Assembly (NCBI RefSeq): GCF_006345805.1
Contig: NC_043018.1
Coordinates: 11,160,001-11,224,000 of the forward strand
Length of the DNA: 64,000 nucleotides
Reading direction: 5' to 3'
Origin: Octopus sinensis
Lineage: Eukaryota
The notes beneath the pieces were generated by a model that did not search any database, was not told the DNA's origin, and worked only from the letters and a program-made list of their open reading frames with translations. The translations under genes were made by a program, and so were the position numbers. Shown here one piece after another: positions 38,978-51,000 of this stretch; position 1 is the first letter of the stretch; each line of letters opens with the position of its first letter.

Positions 38978-39158
38978 AGTTCCTGGTTTTGAGTAAAGGA
39001 AAATGTAGGAGGGTCAATTATGATGTTATTCAACATATTCCCGTCTCAGATTTATACACTTATCGCAGCAGTCCTTCAGGTTTTCTAACTTGGAAATCTG
39101 AGTCCCCAGCCAGGCTTTTGGCAATACCTTGAAAGCCAAGAACTTTTCAGCACCCCAT

Positions 39159-39165
<7 letters not shown>
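38975..39165. mobile_element. Mariner-derived MITE within a (TA)n tract
   Basis: aagttcctggtttt ... aaagccaagaacttttcagcacccc, inverted termini similar to the mariner end at about 11115-11136. Confidence 0.6.
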
Positions 39166-39214
<49 letters not shown>

Positions 39215-39852
39215 ATATAACTGACCTTTAAATAAGGAAAAAAAAAAGAGAAACAGAAAAAGGCTACTGTTTGAAATAGGCTGACCTATAAAAAGGGTCA
39301 TTGCAATGGGCAGGGGTCAGCCAATCTCAAATTGCAGTCCTTTTCTTTTTCTTTTTCTCTCTATCTAAAAGTTACTAACACTATACTGTTCCTGTTGCAC
39401 TCTTCTTCCATACACCTAAAGCTTCTTGCATGCACTTAAGTATTAGGCTAATTACATATTATATCAACCTGTACTGGGTAATAAAATTCTATCCATCACC
39501 CAAACCACATTCCTTCGTATACACACATATAAACCCTGGCGTTAATAATTTCTCTTGCATTCTGATGATTTTAATATACAAAAGAAATATAACCCTGCTA
39601 AGCTCCATCCACAAACATCTGGCTATCAGTTTGCAATAGAGAGACAACCGCTACTGTACTTCTTGTATTTCTCCAACTGGTAGTCTAAAGCCTGAAAGAG
39701 ATGGGTTTCTGCTAGAGGTTTGTGAAACCTTAAGTCACATGGAGCCAAATCAAACTGTTTTAAACAATACACACACACACTCAGTATACCCTCCTCCCTC
39801 AACGTTAATGTTCCAATAATAAAAATAAATGAAAAATATGATACTGATTGTA

Positions 39853-39883
<31 letters not shown>

Positions 39884-40149
39884 GTGTGTAACTGTATGAG
39901 ACTGTGTGTTTAAGTAGTTTGTGTGTGAATGTGTATGAGATCATGTGTGTTTGTGTACATAACTGTATGAGACTTTGCGTGCTAGTGTGTGTGTACATGC
40001 ATGAGACTGTGTGTTTGTGTGTCTCCGCATAACCAGAAATAATCAAAGTATTATTTTACAAATTGTGAGCAAGAATATATGATATAATGAAGGAAATTGT
40101 TGTATATGGTGCTCAGGTGTACTACAACTAAAAAAGAAAAAAACATTAA

Positions 40150-40400
40150 GTATACTGTTGGTGGATTTCAGGAAGCATGGAAGTTTTGAAGGATGTAGTG
40201 TCTCGACAGCTAACAACCGATGTGGGTAGTTTATTCCATGCTTCAGCAATTCTGAGCATGAAAAAATGTTTCTAAAAGTCATGGGTGTTGTGTTACATTT
40301 TGATTTTATAAGCATGTCCACAAGTATTTGTCGTATGGAATTCAAAAATGTGCCCAAGGTTACTGTTGGAAAGATGGTGGATAATCTTGTTTATAATAAA
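40150..40400 (-). mobile_element. Old CR1-type LINE 3' remnant
   Basis: Frameshifted ..FF.LRIAEAWNKLPTSVVSC.DTTSFKTSML.. motif. Confidence 0.55.
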
Positions 40401-41234
40401 CTTTATTTTACATTTCTTGCCCACAAGAGATTATGTCTGATCTTTAGCGTACTGCTGTATGTCTTCTCAAACCACAATCACAGGAAAAGTTGTTGATAAG
40501 AATTACCAACAAAAACAAAGCTGATAAATACACACAGGTATTGCAAATTAAGTTTAATTACCAATAAACATCAGTTTGAATGACACTTTACGCAACCGAG
40601 TAAAATATGTAAAATATGGCCTGGACCATGATTACCAGCATGAACGTCAGACTTCAAAAAGTAGTTAACCATTTAATGGTTTTAGTAAATTTATACAGAA
40701 AAAGTAAATATTATACAATCTAGCATAAATAAAAGTCAATTTCATTATATTTAAGCCATTATTTTTTTCTGTAAAAACCTATTCTGACTTTAAATGAGTC
40801 AACTTCCTATACAAATGTTTACGTATTGTATGTTTTTTTACAACAAAAATAATTTCTAAAAATATTCTAGAAACGACCTACTCATGTAATTTACACATCC
40901 ACTAAAATTTATTTTTATTTTTGTGGAAAAAGTGCATAAATTACATGGGTTTTTACAGTAATTACATTCACTTCACTACATATCTTTGAAGATATTTAAT
41001 TAAGTAAATGCTAATGTGGTAAGTATGATGACTCGAAATACACAGAGTATAAGCACAAGCACAACTGTGTGGTTCACTTCCCACTCGTGAGGTTTTGGGT
41101 TCAGTCCTTCTGCATGGCACCTAAAAGTCCTGTAAGTGGATTTTGTAGACAGAAATAGACCTGTTGGAGCAAGTGAAATCGGAATCGAAATTGAACCAAT
41201 CCTATGACTGGCACCCGGCAGATGCCAGGACCCC

Positions 41235-41590
41235 TGGACTGGAGATACGTAAAAAGCACTACCCGAATCGTGGCCGATGCCAGCGCCGCCTCGACTGGCT
41301 TCCGTGTCGGTGGCACGTAAAAAGCACCATCCGAATCGTGGCCGAAGCTAGTGCCGCCTCGACTGGCTTCCGTGCCGGTGGCACGTAAAATGCACCAATC
41401 CAACCGTGGCCGATGCCAGCCTCGCCTGGCACCAGTGCAGGTGGCATGTAAAAAGCACCCACTACACTCACGGAGTGGTTGGTGTTAGGAAGGGCATCCA
41501 GCTGTAGAAACATTGCCAGATAAGACCGGAGCCTGGTGCAGCCTTCTAGCATGGAGAACAGACGTTAAACGATGATGATGATGATGATGA
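41235..41590 (+). mobile_element. RTE 3' UTR fragment with about 68-bp internal tandem units
   Basis: acgtaaaaagcac-type anchor recurs at 41247, 41315, 41383, 41446; (GAT)n tail. Confidence 0.8.
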
Positions 41591-41594
41591 TGTA

Positions 41595-41770
41595 TAGTTA
41601 AAGTTAATCCAAACAAGAAAGCACAAAAAAACACAACACTGCGAGGACATGGAACAAATATAGTATTATTGGACGCTCAGGAAAGATGGAGGGTTTAACG
41701 TTTCGAGCAGAGCTCTTCGTCGGAAACATAGGAGAAGGAAAAACCCAGAGAAGGGAAGACAGAGGAAACA
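41595..41770 (-). mobile_element. Possible Penelope-like terminal fragment with a hammerhead-like motif
   Basis: gtttCCGACGAagagctctgctcGAAAcgttaaac at 41727-41693; no coding remnant seen. Confidence 0.4.
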
Positions 41771-43955
41771 CACACACACACACATATATATATACATTCC
41801 AATGTGAGGATGTACTCATATAAGGTTGAAAACAACTTAGTTACACTGGTTATCATACCTTATATATCTACCAGAAAATCTCATCGATATAAATGGGTAT
41901 ATTAAAAATTTAGAATCTAAAAAGAAGAAAATAGAGAATATATAGATATAAAATTACTTTATTGACATATAGTTAATAAAAATAAAAATGCTTACAATTT
42001 GTAAGTTGGTACTCTTCAATTACTATCGCAAACAGCAGTAGCTTTCTTCAACTGAATACACATCGTTGATTGGTTAAAATTACCCAAATACAACAACTTT
42101 AACACAAAATAACTTCTAAAATATGAAATTTTGTCAAAAATGTTGAAAGTAAACCGTGTTCAGCATAAGAAATTACACCAGTATATGAAGTTTCAAACTG
42201 TTTAGTTAAAAAAAAAATTATAAAATCTGTGAGTGAAACTGAACAGATCCGGAGATTGTGCTGATAAATTTTCATATTTAGTTATCAGTCAAAGAAAAGT
42301 TGCTTACTACATGGAGAATATGGGCGTCATTGTTGGTTAGTAAAACATACTGTTCTTGCTGTTGACATTGTATGGCACAGGTCTTCCTTGACTAAACCCA
42401 TGGAATGCATAGACATTCCAACCATGATCATCCTGTCTTTATAGGGATATCCAGAACTACTTTATCCAGTGTATCCTTTGATTTTTAAGATGTTTTAGTA
42501 TGCAATCTGAAAGTGATTTGAGTGCTATTTCTTGAGACTCCTTCATTGGTTCATAAAGCATATTGTTGTTTAAACATATTGTGTACATTCCATCAAATGT
42601 CACTAGCATTCAGAGAAGACAATTTGTTATTCAAATATTTTGAATATATTATATCCAGAGTATGGTAACCTTTATTATTCATGGAAGGGGATTTCAAATT
42701 TGATTTTGACTTTTTCACTTATATTTCATTCCTGTTTGCCGCTTTGTGGGTTGACAACTTGGAAAACAAGGTCAAAGCAGGAATATTATTTTAACACTAA
42801 GTACAGACATTGCTCACAGGTGTGGCTGTGTGGTTAAGAAGTTTGCTTCCTAATCAAGCGGTTTTAGGGGTTCAGTTCCATTGCATGACACCTTGAGCAT
42901 CTTCAGCAAATTTCTTTTATAGTCCTGGGTTGACCAAAGCCTTGTGAGTAGATTTGGTAGACAGAAAATGAAAGAAGCTCATTATATTGTGCTGAGTCAA
43001 AAGTTCTGCAATATTTCGGTCACTTATTTGCTTTATCTATCAGTTAAAACAAACGCAGCCTAGCATTCAATGTAGAGACCATCACGTTGAACAGTCTAAA
43101 GCCACCTTTCTACCTGTTTGTTGATCCAACACTGATACCAGTTCTTGTCCTTTAACAAGTTAAGCGAATTTGATGAGAAACATCATCCAAGCATGTATGA
43201 AGGGAGTTGAAGAAGGAAGGGGTGTTAAGTAAGGGTTAGGCTTAGTATTTTCACTCTATAAAAATGTCAGTGTTATTGACGGAGGCAAACGAATTCCCAG
43301 TCTATAAAGACCCAAACAGAGCAAATTTATTGTCCTTTTTTTTAAGGAGAAACAAAAACAAAAGAAAAATTAACAAGTGACTTTTGCACCAGCTAACCTC
43401 ATTTATAAAATTCCTTTCAGTTTTCTTAATCTAAGCTTTAAGTGTACGTGAAGCAGAGAGCATAACTATCTGGACTCATATAGTACCAGACAACCAGAAA
43501 AATGGTGAAAGGTTTGTATCCTACCACTAATACTTCTTGCTATAAATAGTGCTTGTTGTAAGGTTACAATGGCAAAAGATTTAATCTACCACTCAATCTA
43601 AGATCTCCACTCAGCTCTTGAATGCTTTAATCATCCACTACTCTGTTGCCATCATTCAGACCAAGTCTCAACTCTAAGGATATTAGGAGCTTCCTTTACT
43701 TCCTATCAATCTCAGAACCCTCAAAAGGGTCGAAGGCTTTACCCTTAACTCTTTGATGAAGCACCATGAAAAAAAGAAAATTCATTAACAGCCATAGGCA
43801 TAGGAATGGCTGTTTCGTAAGTAGCTTGCTTACCAACCACATGTTTCTGGGTTCAGTCCCACTGTGTGGCAACTTGGGCAAGTGTCTTCTACTATAGCTT
43901 CATGCAGACCAAAGCCTTGCGAGTGGATTTAGTAGATGGGAACTGAAAGAAGCCG

Positions 43956-43999
<44 letters not shown>

Positions 44000-45099
44000 C
44001 ACTATGCATTTAAAACCAATAGGAGATGCCTTTTCAATAAAAAAAAATAGTTTTGAAAATTTATGAATTCTTTCAAACACCCCCGCTCGCTCACTCAGTA
44101 TTAATTCTGGCCAACATCTTTGGTATTATGCTCTTAAAAAGGATGCGAGAAACCTTGGAAGTTAAAAAAAATTTTAGAAATCAACAATCACCATTACAAT
44201 TCCTTTATTTTCAAACAGAAAATTAAACATAATTTTAAAACAATAGTGAAATCTTTTAAAATTTTTTTCATTAACCTCCCCCACTCCATAATTCCTAAAA
44301 TTTCAGCTTTTTTAAAAAATTATTATTATCATTATTCTTTTACTTGTTTCAGTACTTATTTTATGAGCCTAGTACTTTTTTCTATCAGTCTCTTTTGCCA
44401 AACTGCTACGTTACAGAGATGTAAAGACACCAACACTGGTTGTCAGGCAGTGATGGGGGGACAAACACAGACAAACACACACACACATATGATGTGCTTA
44501 TTTAGTTTCTGTCTACCAAATCCACTCACAAGGCTTTGATTAGAAGACACTTGCCCAAGATGCCATGCAATGCGACTGAACCTGGAACCATGTGGTAGGG
44601 AAACAAGCTTCTTACCACACAGCCACGCCTGTACCTATGTATTTTAAAGACTCCTTTGTACTTTAACAGCATTCTTTCTTTCATAACTAACCATACATAC
44701 TCTTGTGTTGATGACATCAGTCTTTATTCCTCAATTACCTTCCCTACAGACAACTGCAATGCCGCGATTGGACTTTGACCACTGAAAACTTATACAGGCA
44801 GAAAATTAATGAACAAAATATTATGTCTAAGATGAGGTAAAATGAGTAATGACTAATTTCAATAATTTCTTCTCGTTAACGGCATGGTGCATGAATATAT
44901 CAGGGAAAGAGTCACTGCAACAGATAGTGAAGAAGCTATAGAGAATATTTTGTGTTGAGCATTTTAATTTAGTCAGGTTTCATTAATATCATATGTGCCA
45001 TTTTCCCATAATACTCTTGTGTGTGTGTGTGTCTTGGATTTACTCAAAAGCATTCCTCCCTGTATTAGCTTTGTGAACCACCTTTCCAATTCTGAGTAA

Positions 45100-45857
45100 A
45101 TCCTCTGTTGAACCGATTCATTGCTACTACTATTGCTATCACCACCACCATCGTACTTACGATCATAACTACCACCACTACAGGCGACAGCAGTAGCTGG
45201 TTCTAATGAAGCCATTAAGTAGGTAACTAGGTGGTTGGAGTTATCTCCGTTGAAGACGAGAGCACTTTGCACCGCCGCCGCGCAGCGTCGCCACTGCTGG
45301 CAACACTGCTGATGTTTGGCTGCTGAAGGTTTCAGCTGAGGGCTTTGCTCGGTTGTTGTGGTGAACCCATCTATTGTGTTCCTTTGAGGCTTTTATGCCT
45401 GGTGGCCTGTCTGTCCAGTGCAGGCCAATGCTGTGCAAGTGGTACGCTTCTCAGCTGTACTACTGCCTTTACCATGTTCTCTTACTGGCTGCTATCGTAG
45501 GATCGCATCCGTTGGCATTTACCTCGCTGCCGTTCCACCTCAACGAATGCTTCCAAATGCCGTGCACTTTAACCGCGAACGTTCCCTACACGCAATCACT
45601 TCCACACACAACGACATCAACAGCCTAAACCGTTTTCATCTATCCTGCATACCGCCATCACCACCACCGCTGTTATTACCTAGCACCACTACTAACACAT
45701 TTATTTACAAGGCGACCCACTCTACGAATCACGGCTCGTTGATTTGCTGCCGAGGTTAACGACACCACCATCTCACGAACCCCACTTAGTCTTGTATACC
45801 TTCTACATTATCTTCTACTCTTTTTCTACATTGTCCAGAGATCGCTCAATGGTAAGT
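45100..45857. promoter_or_regulatory. CpG-rich block with divergent splice donors (candidate bidirectional promoter / first exons)
   Basis: Visibly higher GC/CpG and not a recognisable repeat. Minus donor at 45160; plus donor ATG|gtaagt at 45849-45857. Confidence 0.4.
45161..45215 (-). CDS. Candidate first coding exon of an unidentified gene (MASLEPATAVACSGGSYD...)
   Basis: ATG at 45215 and a perfect donor C|gtaagt at 45160, within a CpG-rich block. No homology recognised and downstream exons not established. Confidence 0.3.
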
Positions 45858-46664
45858 CTTTAAAAAATATACAGATAGAATGAGAGAGAGAGAAAGAATG
45901 GCAAAGAGAATGAAGGAGAGTGAGAAATGAGAATGAGAGAAACAATGAAGAAAATAAAATTGAAAAAATAGTTTCAAGAAACCTTTTATTCAGCATTCTC
46001 TGTTCATTTGAGTAATATATTTATTTATTCTAAGTGGAAAGTGTCAAATATGCATTAAGTTAGGCTCTAGTCTAAAGACTCCTTCCTTTCCATCTAAAAT
46101 AAGGAAGGAATGGAAGTTTATTTTCTATTATTTGGTATTCCTTCGGATTTTCCTTTTATTAATTAGTGACTTCAAGTGAAGCAACTTGGAATTTTATGCC
46201 CTCGGTTTTTCTTTTTCTTTCTCCCCATTTTCTGTAATTTCAAGTTTGGTTGGGTTTTTTTTTCTCTAGTGTTGGTTTGTTGGGAGGAGAAAAAATTACA
46301 AGGAAGGAATTCCTTTTAAGGAAGAGAGAAAGAAAAAGGCAGTCGGAAACCAACAAACAAAAAATTATATTGATTGATTATAAAGTTTGGTTCCATGTGT
46401 CCCCTCCCTCCACCGAGAGAGTTTCTGATGGTGGGGCAGTCACGAAATGCTGTCTTCTCTCAAGTTTGACACATCAAGTAAAAACAGTAAAAGTGTAAGA
46501 TTCCGCTCTATCTTAATTCCTTACAAATACTTCATTTACAATACGTATGTATGTATATTTGCGTATGTATATATATATATATTATTATTATGACCTTATC
46601 ACCTGCTGTCATATATAAATGTATTTGTGTGTATGCATACATACACACACATAGTGTGAGTGTT

Positions 46665-46702
<38 letters not shown>

Positions 46703-47540
46703 TACATATATGTGCACACATGTATAGACACATATTTATATATATATATATACAGATAAACATAGAATTATGTATATATGTACACATCATCACCACGGTC
46801 GAACAATGATGATGATGTGTACATATATACATAATTCTATGTTTATGTGTATATATATATATATATAAATATATATAAATATGTGTCTATACATGTGTGC
46901 ACTATATATGTATGCTTATAAACATGCGTATATATATATGTGTGTGTGTGTGTGCGTGCATATAACTATATGAACTTCCGTCCTTTTATATTCCTGATTG
47001 TCGACTAATTCCATTCCATTAACAACCTTCTGCTACTAGATAGTATTTGTGTGTATGTGTGCACATATATATATCGAAAGTAAAGGAATTTTGTTAAAAT
47101 CTTCGTTCGACTCCATTCTTTTCATTTATATATATACATACACACACACTAGTTCCTCATAACACAGTCGTCGTCATATCGGTGTAGCTCGGTGCATTCA
47201 CAGAACAAACCTCCAATCTTTTCATCAGCCACTTTTCTATGAAGGAACTCTTGTTGCCAACACGCACTTGTGAACGATACTGATTATTACTATTATCATT
47301 ATTATTGTTGTTGTTATTATTATTATTATTATTAAGAAGTACTGGAGTCAGTAGCATCGTTTACTCCCACCCCTCAAGTATTTTTTGATCTTGTTGCCCA
47401 AATCAAAAACAATTTTTTTTTTTTCAAGCATTTATGCTCGTGCTTGATACATTTATTATTTTTGTTGTACCTCCTCTTCTTTCTCATTCTCGTCTACTTC
47501 ATTTTCCCCATTTTCTCCATGGCTTGTCGGATGAATACAT

Positions 47541-47599
<59 letters not shown>

Positions 47600-47986
47600 A
47601 TATATATAAACACACACACATATGTGCGTGTGTATTGTTCACTTTTTTTCTTCTCTTTTAATCTACTGCATACTTGTCTAATGTCGTTTTTTAGATATTT
47701 TTTTTTTCTACCGAACACCTCGATAGTTTAACATGTCCATTTGTCATTTCGATCAATTTTATGTCACATACACACACGCTTTAAACATTTGTATTACATA
47801 AATCTATTGTCTATATTAATCATACACACGTTTACACACTGAGTGTTAGAATGTCGTGCATGCCCTCGTTAACCGCTGTTTACTTCCCACGGTTGAAAAT
47901 CCACCTGAAAACCTTCAATAGTGACTGCTATTTTGCACAAATACTTCGCTTTAGGATTTCTTAATTGCTACGCATTTCCTATACTT

Positions 47987-48055
<69 letters not shown>

Positions 48056-51000
48056 GTTTAGCTCCAGGTCAACCGTGTTCAAACAGACATATGATTGAAT
48101 GCACTCCAGTTGTGACCAGTCAGTCGTTCTAGGAGCATGTAGGAATATGTTTTGTAGTGTCCCCGTGTTTCTGACGGGAAGATATATTTTGAGAATTTAG
48201 CTGCTAGTTCTAGCAGCTGGAGCATCTGCATAGAGATTGGCTCGTGTGTGTTGAGTACAATTAAGGTGTGTAGTTAATTGACTTCGTGTCAGAATATTCG
48301 TGGTTCTTCAACGAAGGAGAGAGTCTCTAAAGTGGTTGGTGGGCTTGTTAGAAATAGCAACCTAATCTCTATCAGATCACAACCGACTGTTTTTTTTTAA
48401 TGATTTCTTGGATATTGTGGCTTATATTTTCACTACTAAAAAAAAAAGAAACAAACAAAGAAGGAAAGACGTGTTTGTCGTAACTGGAATCGCTTTGATC
48501 AAAGATCTACTGAATCAAGGCCGATCTGGTTGCTAAAATAGCAACTGGTTTTATGAATTCAACCTGGAAATGTATGAGTGACTCGATCTTCTTCTTGGTT
48601 GGTTTGCTTGATAATGTCAGTTATAATTCTCCATGAGAGATTTACAATGTGTCTAATCGTCTGTTTCGAATGATAATTTATTCTTCTTTACCTAAATTCA
48701 CCATTCCTGCACGAGCCAACGGCGAAACGTCTCCATAGTCACTCGACTTGGTTGAAATAACGACCAAATCTTCTCCAAATTACATCCTACCGTCGCTATA
48801 AATTAGAATAGTATCTGATATACAAATGACAGAAGGTCTAGTCTAAGACTACCGCGGGACACAGCAACTAATTGTTCATTTCTTGTTCGCTTATTTTTGT
48901 TTTTATTCTATGAGCCGACGATAGAGCCTCTATGCCGTCACTCGATCTACTAGAAATAGAAGCCAAATCTCCATCAAATCACATGAATAAGTAAATAAAG
49001 GGGGATACGTTAGACAATGTAGTAGTTTATGATATATCAAAAAAAAAAAAAAAATCCCAAAATCTATGATTACGGCCCCGATCAGCGTTAAACAACAACG
49101 TTTGAGTATTCCTATCCAGTTGTTTTTATGTATTCCAGTCGCTACTTTCTCCTTAGCAATACCGATTCCTTACTACAAACATTTCACGAATTCCGCTACC
49201 CCCACCACTGGCTCATCGATTCATTCCTACGTCGACACCCTGGGGATGGATGTAGTTCTTTAAAACACCATTGTACATTGTGCAGCACATGTTTTTAGAA
49301 AATATTCCAAGTAGAGAGATATATAGGGGGTGGGGGGACGGAGGGAATGAGTGAGGTGGCAGACATAGATTTACATCTACAAATGGTGGTCGTGAGAGGA
49401 GGAAGTATAAATATTTCTAAATGTTTGTCGGAAGAAATGTCCACTTAAGTCATTGTCAGTTACAAGTGTGTTAGATGGCCGAGTTGATAGGGTCTCCGCC
49501 TATGTATCAAAGTTCCATCAAGTCCTAGCTTGTCACCACTGCTCTACTGTCTCCGTGGAAAACACTTTTTACTCTCAAAGGCACAGCCCACCTATCTTCT
49601 GTAAATACGAGGTTTTGCTGCTGTTTGGTTGTCGCTCGGTCCGCCAGAGATAACAGCCGAATTACCCATAAGGAAAGAAAACATCGAACAATATAGTCCT
49701 TCATACGTCTCAAAAGATGCAATGCTCATCGTTGGGGTAACCCTGATCATAGGTTTGGTGGAGCAAGGCTGGTTTGAGGCTAAACAACCACAACAACGTG
49801 GTTGTTTGACATGCAAGAAATGACAGCCAAATCTATAAATAATCTCGCTCTACTGTTACTCTAGTTCATGTAATACTAGATACATTATCATCATCATAGT
49901 TTTAATGTCTACTTTTACATGATTGCATGTGAAGGCGCATAGCTCAGTGGTTAGAGCATTGAGCTCAGTATTATGAGGTAATGAATTCGCTCCTTGACCT
50001 GGCTGTGTGTTATGTTCTTGAGCAGTACAAAAACAACAAAAAAATGGAAAGTGCAGTTATGTACAGGTTGACGGAAGAAAAGCAGGACAAAAACGGCTTT
50101 ATTGATCACATTCTCACCTGGAATTGATTTTTGTAATTTTTTCAAGACTTATACATGCCCTGATACCTTCAGTATCTACATATCAAATTTGAGCGCAATC
50201 GGATGGAGGATGCCCGAGATCCGAGAAGACACACAGACAGACAGATTTTATATGATATATATATATATATATCATCATCATCGTTTAACGTCTGCTTTCC
50301 ATGCTAGCATGGGTTGGACGATTCGACCAGGGTCTGGGAAGCCAGGAGGCTGCACCAGGCCCAGTATGATCTGGCAATGTTTCTACAGCTGGATGCCCTT
50401 CCTAATACCAACCACTCCGTGAGTGTAGGGGCTGCTTTTTATGTGCCAGGCGAGGCTGGCAACGGCCACGATTGGTTGGTGCCTTTTACGTGCCGCCATA
50501 TATATATATATAGACATACATACATACAAATAATCAGAAAATTGAGAAAACCTCAGATTAACAAACACATTGATAGGACCACATTTATAGTTTATTTTTT
50601 AATACAAAGCATGACATAACAAATATATGACATTCAACAGGCTTCTTTCAGTTTCTGTCTACCAAATCCACTTCTAAGGCTTTGTTAGTTTGGGGTTAAT
50701 GTGGATGTCCAAGGTTCCATACTGTGACACTGATCTCAAAACCATCCAGTTGGAAAGCAAACTTCCTAACCATACCAGAGCCAATGCTGGAATGGCTCTT
50801 GTCATAGGTCTAATCAGTATGGTCTAATCTGGGACTAAGCTCCAAGATTCTTCATGATGGTAGAATAATTGATTTGTTATTGTAATCAGTGGAAACATCA
50901 TGATTGATGTATATGTTTTTGTTTAAATATTCCTTATTGGATTGGTCTGAAAGAAGGAGCTGTACCCATGGCCTTTACAGACTCACCAGGGCTAGTTGTA

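Noticed and set aside
43165-43270. C/D-box snoRNA starting at TGATGA
   Set aside because: No downstream CTGA D box at a suitable distance and no terminal stem.
45374-45759. Plus-strand ORFs of 84 and 113 aa in the CpG-rich block
   Set aside because: Non-ATG starts, no recognisable similarity, and they terminate before the 45851 donor.
47157-47357. Minus-strand ORF with poly-Asn
   Set aside because: Poly-N derives from a (TAA/CAA)n microsatellite; no recognisable domain or splice support.
49932-50030. tRNA gene (also heads at 9468, 29970, 31430, 56345)
   Set aside because: Only A/B-box-like remnants without a complete cloverleaf, continuing into SINE bodies.
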